Shown one piece after another: positions 46,139 to 57,038 of a stretch of DNA of 60,541 nucleotides. Position 1 is the stretch's first letter. Each line of letters opens with the position of its first letter. Under the pieces are notes generated by a model, which saw nothing but the letters and a program-made list of their open reading frames with translations, was not told where the DNA came from and ran no database searches. The stretch is from a virus (Duplodnaviria; Caudoviricetes). Position numbers and translations under genes: made by a program. The DNA lies in IMG/VR virus record IMGVR_UViG_3300012920_000041, positions 1 through 60,541 of that record; one strand, written 5' to 3'.

Positions 46139-46546
46139 TTATTCTCCTTTACAACTACAGTTATTTTCACCGCATATGCATTTTTTAAAATCGATATCTA
46201 ATGTTTTATTCAAAAGTAATCGATCTATCATATCATCTTGCAATTTAATAACCATATTTTCTAAAGAATCTTTTTGAGTAACTAACATATCTATTTTCAT
46301 TTGCAATGAAGATATATTTTTTTTAGCTTCTTCTAATTCATTAGGTTTAGAACCTGTGATTGCACTTATAATCATTGCAAGCGACGCTGCTAGCATACCT
46401 ACAAGTGTAGTTAATAAATCTCTATTTGAGTTTGGTATTTCAAATTGTGTTAAATAAAACATAATACATACTATCATGCCAAATACCAAAAGGCTGCCAA
46501 AAAAATGGCGAATGTCTCGAGCTACTCCGTTTCTTGGTAATTTCAT
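46139..46546 (-). CDS. Two-TM membrane protein with coiled coil and Cys-rich tail
   Basis: Two hydrophobic helices, heptads, C-terminal CICGENNCSC. Confidence 0.7.
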   Translation of the reverse strand: MKLPRNGVARDIRHFFGSLLVFGMIVCIMFYLTQFEIPNSNRDLLTTLVGMLAASLAMIISAITGSKPNELEEAKKNISSLQMKIDMLVTQKDSLENMVIKLQDDMIDRLLLNKTLDIDFKKCICGENNCSCKGE

Positions 46547-46561
46547 ATTTTGTTTTAAATT

Positions 46562-49500
46562 TTAAGCAAACGCCATATATAAATAGTTATTCGTACCAGA
46601 AGCATTTGCATTAGTTGTAGTTGTATTTAATGTAAATCCATCAGGTGTAAAATCAATATCATAACCACTACCTGTTTCAACAGCACTTGTATCTGCAAAT
46701 AATTCTGATAAATTTCCATTACTTTCTACTCTTTTGCTGTCAACAATAAGCCACGAATTACTACCTGTATCGGTACGCTTTACCATCAACCAATTAGGCT
46801 GAAACCCTAATCCCGTAATTACATTGTTTGTTGCACTTGTTCCACTATAAACTCCCATTGAACTATATCCTGCAACTGGATGCCAACAATAAGCAACTTG
46901 ATTTGAAGAAGGTGATGCCCAAAAAGCACCTGCAGCAGGAAGTTCTAAAGTAGAAGACAGTAAGTTCATATAATTTCCAACACCATAAGGATCATAATCA
47001 TTTAATGATAGCCAATTTGTAGCAGCAGTTCCTGTAGAAACATTAGTATAAACCCCCCAGTCTTGAGACGTATCTAGTCTTTTTGTGATTACGATTGAAG
47101 GTGCTTGATTCAAACCATGCCCTACGGTCATACCAACATTATTGTTTGGGCTATAAGTAACAATACTAAATCCTGCTTCTATATTAGCATTAACTTGACT
47201 AGTTATATTACCATCATTATTAGTAAGCACAGTCCCTCCAGCTTTCCAGTTCCATGATACATAATCATTTCCTGAACCATTCCAAGTTACATTACTTGTT
47301 GTTAGAGTAAATCCATATGAATCAAAACTTCCGAATGTTGGATTTGCCGCTTCTTGATTTGGTAAATCACTAATTATGTAATTGTTTGTACCTCTACTTG
47401 AATCTTGTAAAACGTTATTAGGATAAGCATTTGAAGTTCTACTTTTTATCCAAACTAAATCAGGTTGAAAATTTATATAATTATTATATGTTACCGAGGT
47501 GCTAGTCCCATCGTAATTATTTGATAAATCATCAGCATTAGTATCTAATGGATAAGTCGCTATAGCTGTTTGTCCAGATGGGAATGCAAGAGTAGAGGCG
47601 GTAGTTGATGTTTCACCATAAAGAGCTTTTACATCTGTACTACTTAACTCTGTACCATATATTCTTACTTGGTCTATTAAACCATTAAAAGTTGATGGAT
47701 GGGTTAAATCACCAAACATTCCTATAAAAAAATCATTTGTATTTGCAGCTAAAGAGTTACCACTTGCAGTTCCTACTTGACTTCCGTTTACATATCCAAT
47801 TATATTACCCGAAGAATCAGTAGTAACAACGATATGTGTCCAAGTGTCAATGTAATTGCTTAAAGTTGCAATAGTTTGACTTGTAGTTCCACCAACTGCT
47901 GCTCTTAATACATTTGAACTGCTTATATTTATTTGAAACATACCATCTGCCGAAGCCCCATTTATTCCTAAATCCCCTACAATAAATTGAGTTTTGACTG
48001 ATGCAGCTTTTATCCAAGCTGATACAGAAAAGCCAGTTAATCCACTTGTTATCTGATAACCTGTATTAATTCGACTACTACTTCCATTAAAATTAGCTGC
48101 ACCATTTATATAGCCGCCTATACTTTGTGCACCACCATTACCAGAATATAATAATGTATCAAAATTTTTATTTGCTGCATTTAAAGTTGAGACTGCTGGT
48201 TCGTTATCAATGGTATACCAATTACTTCCGTCGTAATATTCTAATTTACTGAGTGTTGTGTTATACCTAAATGCACCATCAGGAGGTGGACTTTGATTTG
48301 AATTAAAAGTTATGTTACCGCTTCCTTGATCAAAAACATATATTGAATCACTTCCTTCAGTAATTAAAGTAGCAAATTTTTCATTATATAAATCAGTAAC
48401 ATCTGTTGCACTTAGCCCCTCATTATATATTCGCACTTGATCCATAAAGCCTCCAAAATAATAATCATTAAAATTAGAGTAAAATCTTCCAAACACAGCA
48501 TTTTGAGCTGTTGTTACAGGAGTTATAACAACATTTTGGCTAGCATCTTCTACACCATTAACATATATTTTAGCTGTTGATCCATCATATGTTCCTACAA
48601 TATGGTTCCACTCATTAATATTTAAACCAGTAGTTCCTGTAATATAATTTGTTACACCATTAAAGAAAAATCTTATAGTATAAGGTTGACCAGAACTTAC
48701 AATCCTATTTGATAAACCAATACCTTGTTGAGTTGTTGTTCCTTGAGTCATATTACTAAAATAGCACGAACCTACAGCCGATCCACCATTACATCTATTA
48801 TAAAATTCTGTATGCATTACCCATACTGATATAGCAAAACCTGTAGCTGTATTAGGTTGTATTATTGGATTAGAAGCGCTTAAATATCCTTGAGCAACAG
48901 GTGTAGTTCCGCTACAATACTGACGCATCCTATAAGCTTTATCAAATTTACCATAACTATAAGGATCTATAGCCGGATTAGTTGCTGTTAAGTCATAACC
49001 ATTTGATGTTTCATCATTTAAATTATCATTAAATCTATAATAAGCTACACATGTTTTTCCAGAAGGATAATTAACTTGACTAACAGTATTAGTTGTTGAA
49101 GGCGTTTTTAATGTTCCAGTTAAAGAAACAGATGATATTGATGCTGTAGGAAACCTTAAAATTACTACACCATCACCTCCTACAGGTGATAAAGAAAAAT
49201 TACCATTGGTACTTGCTGTTAAAGAATAAACCGAAGAAGCAGCTCCACCTGCACCTCCACCTGCTCTATTTTTACCTGGAAAAAGACCAAAGTTATCTCC
49301 ACCAGAATTACCACCCCCACCGTTACCACCAACTCCTGGGTTATTTGCAGAATATCCTCCAGCTCCTCCACCAGCAAAATAAACATTACCAGAAACTACG
49401 TGTCCTATATCATTTGCAGTAGCATTTGTTGCATTTATAATAGTTGAGGTTGTTCCAGCTCCACCATCACCGGCATCTGCATTTACACCCGTCTGACCAG

Positions 49501-50050
49501 TGGCTGCAGCACCTCCACCACCACCACCTCCATAACCAGAGCTATAATATCCACCACCACCACTATTACCTTGTGATGGATTAACCGAGGGTGTATTTCC
49601 TTGACCACCTGAAGATGTGCTTGTGGTAGTTGCACCTCCTCCTCCTGAGCCACCATCTTTACCATTAGCTGTTGAACCAGCATACCAACCTCCGCCGCCG
49701 CCGCCGCCGGTAGAAGTTATTGTTGAAAATGTGCTGTCACTACCATTATATCCTTTATCAGTACTTGTGTTTGATTGTGTATTTGCACCTTTTCCACCTT
49801 GACCTACAGTAAGTGGATAAGCTAAATTCGTTGTTAAAGCAAAAGAGGCATTTGTTCTATAACCACCAGCACCGCCGCCTCCTGATCTACCACCTGAACT
49901 TCCAGAACCTCCACCTCCAGCTATAACTAACACTTGCGCGTTAAAACCAGGACCTGGTCTTTCACCTGTAGTACCTTTAGCTAAAACAGTTCCAGAAGTA
50001 CTAGAATCAAAATTAAGTATGCTGCCTCTTGTTATATCTGTATTTGCCAT
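46562..50050 (-). CDS. Tail fibre / receptor-binding protein with Gly-rich and two LamG (concanavalin-like) domains
   Basis: GGGG tracts; W.HIV.TYDG...YVNG...G.(M/I)DQVRIY in two copies; FQPDLVWIKSR module. Confidence 0.8.
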   Translation of the reverse strand: MANTDITRGSILNFDSSTSGTVLAKGTTGERPGPGFNAQVLVIAGGGGSGSSGGRSGGGGAGGYRTNASFALTTNLAYPLTVGQGGKGANTQSNTSTDKGYNGSDSTFSTITSTGGGGGGGWYAGSTANGKDGGSGGGGATTTSTSSGGQGNTPSVNPSQGNSGGGGYYSSGYGGGGGGGAAATGQTGVNADAGDGGAGTTSTIINATNATANDIGHVVSGNVYFAGGGAGGYSANNPGVGGNGGGGNSGGDNFGLFPGKNRAGGGAGGAASSVYSLTASTNGNFSLSPVGGDGVVILRFPTASISSVSLTGTLKTPSTTNTVSQVNYPSGKTCVAYYRFNDNLNDETSNGYDLTATNPAIDPYSYGKFDKAYRMRQYCSGTTPVAQGYLSASNPIIQPNTATGFAISVWVMHTEFYNRCNGGSAVGSCYFSNMTQGTTTQQGIGLSNRIVSSGQPYTIRFFFNGVTNYITGTTGLNINEWNHIVGTYDGSTAKIYVNGVEDASQNVVITPVTTAQNAVFGRFYSNFNDYYFGGFMDQVRIYNEGLSATDVTDLYNEKFATLITEGSDSIYVFDQGSGNITFNSNQSPPPDGAFRYNTTLSKLEYYDGSNWYTIDNEPAVSTLNAANKNFDTLLYSGNGGAQSIGGYINGAANFNGSSSRINTGYQITSGLTGFSVSAWIKAASVKTQFIVGDLGINGASADGMFQINISSSNVLRAAVGGTTSQTIATLSNYIDTWTHIVVTTDSSGNIIGYVNGSQVGTASGNSLAANTNDFFIGMFGDLTHPSTFNGLIDQVRIYGTELSSTDVKALYGETSTTASTLAFPSGQTAIATYPLDTNADDLSNNYDGTSTSVTYNNYINFQPDLVWIKSRTSNAYPNNVLQDSSRGTNNYIISDLPNQEAANPTFGSFDSYGFTLTTSNVTWNGSGNDYVSWNWKAGGTVLTNNDGNITSQVNANIEAGFSIVTYSPNNNVGMTVGHGLNQAPSIVITKRLDTSQDWGVYTNVSTGTAATNWLSLNDYDPYGVGNYMNLLSSTLELPAAGAFWASPSSNQVAYCWHPVAGYSSMGVYSGTSATNNVITGLGFQPNWLMVKRTDTGSNSWLIVDSKRVESNGNLSELFADTSAVETGSGYDIDFTPDGFTLNTTTTNANASGTNNYLYMAFA

Positions 50051-50052
50051 AA

Positions 50053-52551
50053 TTAACTTATTGTTGCTGAAAAAGTTTTAAATTGAGTACCGTCATAAAC
50101 TTCAATACCACTGTTTGCACTACCTGGTGATAAATCAGTATTTGTTCTTAAAGCACCTATTGGTAGTGTATTTGTATTAGATGCTGTAAATGTTATATTA
50201 CCTGTTCCTTCTGTAAACATAATAGCTGTATCAGAGCCATCGGTAAATTTAGTTTGGTAATGTTCATTATAAAGATCAGTAACTTGAGTATATGTAAGTG
50301 CAGTTGCAAATATGCGTACTTGGTCTATTTGACCACCTAAGTAATAATCAGAATAATTACCATACCATCTACCTATGACTAAAGGTTGGTCAGTAGCATT
50401 AGGAGTAAAAGAATATGCAGCAGTATTTTCTAAATTACCATTAACATATATTTTTACATTTGTTCCGTCATAAGTTCCTACCACGTGATACCAAACCCCC
50501 GTTTGTATAACTGTAGTTCCTATTACTTTAGCAGCTCTAGAGTTTGCAGTACCATCCGCCCAGAAACTAAACCCACTTTCATTACTTACTTTTGCAATAG
50601 CAAAACCTACTTGTGGTGTTACACCACTTTTAAAATTCCCGATAAAACCTATACTACCACTAGACCCTCCTCCTATTAATGTATCTAATTTTGTCCATAT
50701 AGAAACACTGTAATTTGTAGTTGGTTGTTGTACTGAATTAGCAGCATACAGATAGCTATTACTTCCATTAAAAAATGCACACTCATTAAATCTACCATTT
50801 TGCCATGTGATATTTGCTGGTGTAACATTATTTCCATTACCGCTTGAATCCGTACCATTTCCGTCTAATTTATAATAAGCTGAATTTGTTGCAGGATAAG
50901 CAGTATTTGATATAGTATCTGTTGTAGATGGCGTATTAAGCGTACCTGTTGTTGAAAAGCTGGATACACTTGCTGTAGCATACCGTAATATGACTACACC
51001 AGATCCTCCATCAGCACCATCTCCAGGTAATGTTCCTTGTGCATTTGTTTTACCAGCACCACCACCACCGCCTCCAGTATTAAAAGCACCTGGATAACCA
51101 GGGTTACCATTTCCATATCCACCGGCACCTCCCCCGCCAGATCCTCCAGCACCTGCAGGATAAGGATTAACACCTCCTCCTCCACCACCTCCACCATAAA
51201 TTGAAGATGTACCAGTAATAGATAATGTTAAACCATCGCCACCAGCTCCAGAACCTGAGCCGCTACCATTAGCTCCTCGTGCGGCTGCACCACCACCACC
51301 AGCATGGCCATAAGCAGGATTACCGCTATTTCCTAAATCGTCACCTCCTGCATAACCTTGCCCTGTAGTTCCCGCAGCGCCTGGAGTTAAACCACTTATA
51401 TAAGCTGCACCACCTCCTGAACCGCCTATTTTTGCATAATAACTAGAATTAGTAGGAGATATATAACTAGCACCAGCACCACCGCCTAATGAAGTAATGT
51501 TGCTAAAAACTGAATTTTGTCCATTAGTTGGGGCAGTACTTCCAGCTAAACCTCCTGTACCACCATCACCTATAGTAACGGTGTATGGTGTACCAAAAGT
51601 TAAAGATAAAGTTGGTTCCGCTGCAGCTCCACCACCTGAATTTGCTTGTACTTCATTACTATAAATATTAGCTACATCTTGAGCACTTAATTCAGAATTA
51701 TATATTCTTATTTGATCAAGAGAACCGTTAAAATATTGTCTATCACCGTTCGCTTGGTCTTCATTTACTCCAAGTGCTAAATCTCTTGCACTATTAAAAC
51801 CTTGTGTAGAATTTCCTTGGGCCGCTAAACTTCCATTCAAATATATTTTAATTCCATTGGTAACTCCACCACCTGTTACATCCCAAGTAGCTACTATATG
51901 ATTCCAGGTATTATCTGTGAAAGACTGTGATGCTTCGGCAAAACCACCAGTACCACCATTTACACTTACAAAGATTTTATGTGGACTTGTGCCTGAAATA
52001 AAAATCCTATTTTGAGCAACTGCGGTATCATTATCTCCAATATCTAAAATATTAATATTACTGCTCGGAGAGTAATCTGTTGCTTTAACCCAAACACTTG
52101 CAGACATCTTTACTTGGGTATTGTCAAATATATTTTCTCTTGTTATTTTAGTATTACTACCATTAAATACAGCTGCACCTCCATATTTTCCCGTGTTATA
52201 TGTAATATCACCACTTTCTGTACCATTATAATTACCAGAAACATCAGTAGCAGTCCCGTCTAGCATATATGTAGCTATTGCCGTTTTTCCAGATGGAAAA
52301 CTTAAAGTGTTCGTAGTAGTTGTTGAATTATTATAAGAAGTACGTAAACCACCGGCACCACCTCCACCACCAGTACCAATATAAGATGCAGTTATGCCTG
52401 TTCCACCGCCACCGCCTCCGGCTACAATTAAATAATCCAAATCAAAATTTATACCTGATTGACTTGTAGTACCTACTGGTAATCTAAGACTTGAATAATC
52501 ATTTGTTTGATTTAAATCTATTGCGTCATTTATTACTCTAGTTATAGACAT
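50053..52551 (-). CDS. Tail fibre protein with Gly-rich and two LamG domains
   Basis: Same module types as the neighbouring fibre. Confidence 0.8.
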   Translation of the reverse strand: MSITRVINDAIDLNQTNDYSSLRLPVGTTSQSGINFDLDYLIVAGGGGGGTGITASYIGTGGGGGAGGLRTSYNNSTTTTNTLSFPSGKTAIATYMLDGTATDVSGNYNGTESGDITYNTGKYGGAAVFNGSNTKITRENIFDNTQVKMSASVWVKATDYSPSSNINILDIGDNDTAVAQNRIFISGTSPHKIFVSVNGGTGGFAEASQSFTDNTWNHIVATWDVTGGGVTNGIKIYLNGSLAAQGNSTQGFNSARDLALGVNEDQANGDRQYFNGSLDQIRIYNSELSAQDVANIYSNEVQANSGGGAAAEPTLSLTFGTPYTVTIGDGGTGGLAGSTAPTNGQNSVFSNITSLGGGAGASYISPTNSSYYAKIGGSGGGAAYISGLTPGAAGTTGQGYAGGDDLGNSGNPAYGHAGGGGAAARGANGSGSGSGAGGDGLTLSITGTSSIYGGGGGGGGVNPYPAGAGGSGGGGAGGYGNGNPGYPGAFNTGGGGGGAGKTNAQGTLPGDGADGGSGVVILRYATASVSSFSTTGTLNTPSTTDTISNTAYPATNSAYYKLDGNGTDSSGNGNNVTPANITWQNGRFNECAFFNGSNSYLYAANSVQQPTTNYSVSIWTKLDTLIGGGSSGSIGFIGNFKSGVTPQVGFAIAKVSNESGFSFWADGTANSRAAKVIGTTVIQTGVWYHVVGTYDGTNVKIYVNGNLENTAAYSFTPNATDQPLVIGRWYGNYSDYYLGGQIDQVRIFATALTYTQVTDLYNEHYQTKFTDGSDTAIMFTEGTGNITFTASNTNTLPIGALRTNTDLSPGSANSGIEVYDGTQFKTFSATIS

Positions 52552-52561
52552 ATTTTTTTAT

Positions 52562-53635
52562 TTAAATAAATACTACTTGTTTCCAGCCATTATTATAATA
52601 TTCAAATTTAGAAGTGCTTGTATTAAATCTAATTAAGCCTTCTTCAATATTTGAAGTAAAAACAACATTAGCAGTACTTGTAAATTTATATATAGTATAA
52701 TTAGCTACTGTCCCATCAGGATTTAACGTAGGTGTTGTACCTGATGATAATCCTAATTGATTACCTGTTGGGACTTTTAATATTATTACTCCGCTTCCAC
52801 CTGTTCCAGCTGCTGAAGGATAACTAGCTCCACCGCCTCCACCACCTAATCCATCTACACCACTTGTTGCTGCAATTTCACTAACAACTAATGATGTATT
52901 CCAATATCTTGCTCCGTTACCTCCACCACCTTGGCCACCAGTTGCAACATTAGTAGTACTTGGTGATTGACCTGCACCACCACCTCCGTAATAAGTTGCT
53001 ACTCCAGTTATAGAAGATTGTATACCGTCTCCACCATTTCCACCAACCATACCTGATCCATTACTTCCTACAGCACCGGCACCTCCACCACCACCTGCAC
53101 CTGGGTAGCCATAACTACCTGTTACACCTGTTGCAGCAGAACCTCCATTTTTACCTTGACCGACAAAACCTAATCCTGGTGATCCATTTACTGATTGAGC
53201 ACCGCCTCCGGCACCACCACCGGAACCGCCATCACCACCGTTTGTTCCTACATTTGAAGAATTATAACCACCTCCATAGCCTCCACCTAGTGCTGTTAAT
53301 GTAGGATTGCCACTAAATATTAACGTAGTATCTCCACCATTACCACCTTCAAAATACCCAGCACTATTACTATATCCACCAGGTGTTCCTCCACTTCCTA
53401 TAGTTAAATTTAAAATATCAAAACTACTGATTTGAAAACTACCAGTTAATACTCCTCCTGCGCCACCGCCTGCACCCCAGCCACTACCTCCACCACCACC
53501 TCCTACTAATAAATATTCTACAGTAGTTGTGGCACCACCGCCTGGTCTTTGTGCAGTAGTACCTTTAGCCATTTCCACATATGTAGTATCTGTGGTAAGA
53601 TTTATACTCGATGCTCTTACTTTAGTTATAGCCAT
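52562..53635 (-). CDS. Glycine-rich tail fibre protein
   Basis: YLLVGGGGGG ... GGSGVIIL Gly-rich domain. Confidence 0.75.
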   Translation of the reverse strand: MAITKVRASSINLTTDTTYVEMAKGTTAQRPGGGATTTVEYLLVGGGGGGSGWGAGGGAGGVLTGSFQISSFDILNLTIGSGGTPGGYSNSAGYFEGGNGGDTTLIFSGNPTLTALGGGYGGGYNSSNVGTNGGDGGSGGGAGGGAQSVNGSPGLGFVGQGKNGGSAATGVTGSYGYPGAGGGGGAGAVGSNGSGMVGGNGGDGIQSSITGVATYYGGGGAGQSPSTTNVATGGQGGGGNGARYWNTSLVVSEIAATSGVDGLGGGGGGASYPSAAGTGGSGVIILKVPTGNQLGLSSGTTPTLNPDGTVANYTIYKFTSTANVVFTSNIEEGLIRFNTSTSKFEYYNNGWKQVVFI

Positions 53636-53636
53636 A

Positions 53637-55631
53637 TTATATTGTTACACTTTCTACAACTGCACCGTTAGGATAATAAGCTCCTCCTGTTAATGTTATA
53701 GTTGTTTTGCCTGTACCTGAATCATATGCAGCTGTATAAGTATTTTTGTTTTGATATACACCACTTACATAAACATCTATATAATTAACATCAGTTTGAT
53801 TTACTGTACCACAATCATGTGTGCCAGTTGTTGCATTTGATATTGTAGATCTATTTACTACTCGTGTTGATGCACCAGATGCTGGTGTTGACCAATTACC
53901 TTGATAATCTAAATATTGCCCAGCTGAACCTCCTGTAACAGTAAGTCCTATATTTCCCGAACTAGTTATAGGTGAATTACTTACTTGTAATGCCGCTAAA
54001 CTAGTTAATGCTAAACCTACTGATGTAACACTTCCTGAACCTCCGCGGCCTATATCACCACCCATACCTTGATGGTTATAACATACATAATATAAAGTAG
54101 GTGCTGTTTGAGTAAGTGTAACTCTAATCTGTCTTGTAGTGGCTGCATTGAAACCAGTATTATAAGCCGCCGCATTTGCAACAACTGCATTATCTAAAAG
54201 ATATACAACACCTGTAGCATATTCAGTTTGACTTGGAGAAGTAGTACTTAATATTAATGGATGGTTATTATTACTTAAATCAGATTGATCAATAAAATAT
54301 GTTACATCTGGCATTAATGTTATATCTGCCTGTTGTGTACCATCAACAAAATAATAATTACTTCCACCTACATTTGCTACTGTTATTGGTATTTGATTTA
54401 CAGTAGTTGATGTTATATAACCATTTGATGTAGCTGAAAACATTTGGTTATCAAAACCTGCAACACCTTTTACAGTTGCGGTATCTGTGGCCCCTGCTGT
54501 AGCTGCTACTACATTAGATTCTATTGTTACCCAATTGGCAGAGGTAGATGAACCTTGAGTTGCTGCTGTTTGACACAAAACTTGATCACCAACCGCCAAT
54601 GGTATTGTAGCATCACCATAAAAATTTCCTGCAGTTGTTACTACATATAAATCTCCAACGCTTATAGCTACACGTGTTCCTCCAGTAGTTAAATTATCTG
54701 TGCCACCATCTATTACACCTGTGTTTGCATTAAATCCTCCTTTAAATGTAACACCTCCTGCTACAGCTGTATTAATAGCTGCTTGTATATCTGCACCTGT
54801 TGCTAAAGTATTAGATGCTAAAGATACTCCACCAGATACATTTGGAGTAGCTACTATATTTCCAGTATATGGTCCAGATCCTGTACCTGTGATAGTTAAC
54901 AAATTTGCGTTTGTAGTATTTACATCAGAGACACCTGTTACTGGAGCTGCCGTCCATTCTACACCTGCATTACCTCCACCTAAAGATTTTAATAACTGTC
55001 CTGCTGTACCGGTGTTTCCATTAATATCTATTAAATCATTATCTAATTCTAATGTTCCTGTAACTTTTGATGCACTACCTAATGTTATAAGTGTTCCTGT
55101 ATCTGTTATATTAGAATCTGTTAATGTATCGGAATCTTGCCATTTTGAAACCTTATTTGTAGTACCTGTTCCATCTATACTACCAGGAGGTGTTGACCAT
55201 GCTCCGGTATAATCCAAATATTGGCCTGCAGATCCACCACTAATGCCTAATGTTAAAGTACCTGAGCTTGTTATAGGTGATCCCGTAATTGAAAATGCTG
55301 AAATAGCTGAAACATCAAAACCAACTGATGTTACTGTACCTGGATGATTATTAATTACAAAATCATATATTTGACCACCCGTAGCTAGTGGTGTTCCATT
55401 TTGTGTAACAGCTCCTGTTGTTGCTCCAATTGTAGGTACCTGAGAAGTTCCACCTATTACAATAGTTGTTGGTGTACTTGATGTTATAGAGGTTACCCCA
55501 GCTGTAATTGCTTGTAAACTAGCTACAGTAAAACTTTTTGTTAAATTTCTCCCGTTACTTCCTTTTTTAGTTCCTAAAACTAAATCTGTTGATTCTGGAG
55601 TAGCTAAAGGATAACTGTTAATTATTGCCAT
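53637..55631 (-). CDS. Tail fibre-like structural protein
   Basis: T/G/S-rich; repeated VTSVG and AGQYLDY.G.WSTP modules; LYYVCYNHQGMGG. Confidence 0.7.
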   Translation of the reverse strand: MAIINSYPLATPESTDLVLGTKKGSNGRNLTKSFTVASLQAITAGVTSITSSTPTTIVIGGTSQVPTIGATTGAVTQNGTPLATGGQIYDFVINNHPGTVTSVGFDVSAISAFSITGSPITSSGTLTLGISGGSAGQYLDYTGAWSTPPGSIDGTGTTNKVSKWQDSDTLTDSNITDTGTLITLGSASKVTGTLELDNDLIDINGNTGTAGQLLKSLGGGNAGVEWTAAPVTGVSDVNTTNANLLTITGTGSGPYTGNIVATPNVSGGVSLASNTLATGADIQAAINTAVAGGVTFKGGFNANTGVIDGGTDNLTTGGTRVAISVGDLYVVTTAGNFYGDATIPLAVGDQVLCQTAATQGSSTSANWVTIESNVVAATAGATDTATVKGVAGFDNQMFSATSNGYITSTTVNQIPITVANVGGSNYYFVDGTQQADITLMPDVTYFIDQSDLSNNNHPLILSTTSPSQTEYATGVVYLLDNAVVANAAAYNTGFNAATTRQIRVTLTQTAPTLYYVCYNHQGMGGDIGRGGSGSVTSVGLALTSLAALQVSNSPITSSGNIGLTVTGGSAGQYLDYQGNWSTPASGASTRVVNRSTISNATTGTHDCGTVNQTDVNYIDVYVSGVYQNKNTYTAAYDSGTGKTTITLTGGAYYPNGAVVESVTI

Positions 55632-55651
55632 TTTTTTATTTTTATTTTAAA

Positions 55652-57037
55652 TTAAGGACACGTTGCACTTTGAATACCATTAAAATAATAAAATACTATA
55701 TTATCACCATTTGAGTCCTGCTGGTCTTCAGTAACATACCATCTATAATTTGTTAGTTCCTGTGTTATACCGTTGTTAATAGACCAAGCTTGACCTATTA
55801 CACCCGATGATGGTAATATTCCTTCATCGCCATTATAATAATTATATTCTGCAGAATTTCCATATTGTCCACTGTTTCTATCATTGCATGCTGAACTTAA
55901 GCTTAAATAAGGACCATATCCATATGATGTGTCTGCTACAGCTCTTAAACATCCTACTACATTATATGTTTGACTTGAGCTTATTGCACCTATTGTAGTC
56001 GCGCCTGGTGCATCTGAAGAATATGCAACACCTGTAGTATCAGTACAGTTTGTGCCATTTGTGCTAGTTCTAAAAGCATAACCACCATCTGATACACTCG
56101 AAAAACTAATATTTATATTTGTATTAGCTGGTGCTTCTATAGTTACTGAAGCTGAATTAGCCGCACTGTTTAAAGTTCCGCTAGCAGAACCTGCTGTAAC
56201 ATTAAACGTACCTGTTATACTATATGATGTTGAAGCATATTGATAACCAAAACCGGTTATATCTCTATCAAATGTTATAGTTCTACTTGTTGTTTGTTGA
56301 GTTTCAGTACCACTAATTGTTGCATTTACTGTTTTACTAGTTATTGTACTACTGTCACTATATGTCCATATATTTCCAGAAGAGTTAGTCATATTAACAG
56401 CCGATGCTCCGCCTATTGATATTTGAACACCTGAATAATTATATCCTGACGAAGCACCAGTATAAGTATAAACAATATTATATGATGTACCGGGTGCGCC
56501 GTTTATTGAATCTGTTGTTCCACCAGATCCTCCATTTATAGCTACATTTACTGTACCTTGAGTTAAGGAACTATCTTTGCTAATATTGTAAGTATCTGTT
56601 TGATTACTAACTGGAGCTGAAGTTGATCCTCCAAAGGTTTGATATACGGTTGTATTAACACTCGGTATTGTACCTGATAATGTATTTGATACAGGGGTAG
56701 ATGTACTTGTTGAGTTACCTGAATTACCTACCCATACTGTTCCACTATAACCACTTGAAGTATTTACAGCTATAGTATTAGTAAAGGAATATGTGCCAAC
56801 GCCTGCTTGACCTGATTGTGTACTTCCGCTGCTAGGTCCACCTATAGTATAACCAGCAGATCCACCTGTACCTCCGGGTGATCCTGAATAAAGCATTGTT
56901 ACTGTTACTGGAACATAACCACAATTATCAAAAAATAATGTAGAACCTAAATAAGCTTTACATATTTCTTGTGATCCTAAGTATAATTTTCTACTTGAAC
57001 CTGAATCGATTAATGTGGAACCTAAATATAAAGCCAT
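55652..57037 (-). CDS. Putative structural/fibre-associated protein
   Basis: S/T/G-rich; three N-terminal (L/A)YLGS repeats. Confidence 0.6.
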   Translation of the reverse strand: MALYLGSTLIDSGSSRKLYLGSQEICKAYLGSTLFFDNCGYVPVTVTMLYSGSPGGTGGSAGYTIGGPSSGSTQSGQAGVGTYSFTNTIAVNTSSGYSGTVWVGNSGNSTSTSTPVSNTLSGTIPSVNTTVYQTFGGSTSAPVSNQTDTYNISKDSSLTQGTVNVAINGGSGGTTDSINGAPGTSYNIVYTYTGASSGYNYSGVQISIGGASAVNMTNSSGNIWTYSDSSTITSKTVNATISGTETQQTTSRTITFDRDITGFGYQYASTSYSITGTFNVTAGSASGTLNSAANSASVTIEAPANTNINISFSSVSDGGYAFRTSTNGTNCTDTTGVAYSSDAPGATTIGAISSSQTYNVVGCLRAVADTSYGYGPYLSLSSACNDRNSGQYGNSAEYNYYNGDEGILPSSGVIGQAWSINNGITQELTNYRWYVTEDQQDSNGDNIVFYYFNGIQSATCP

Positions 57038-57038
57038 G

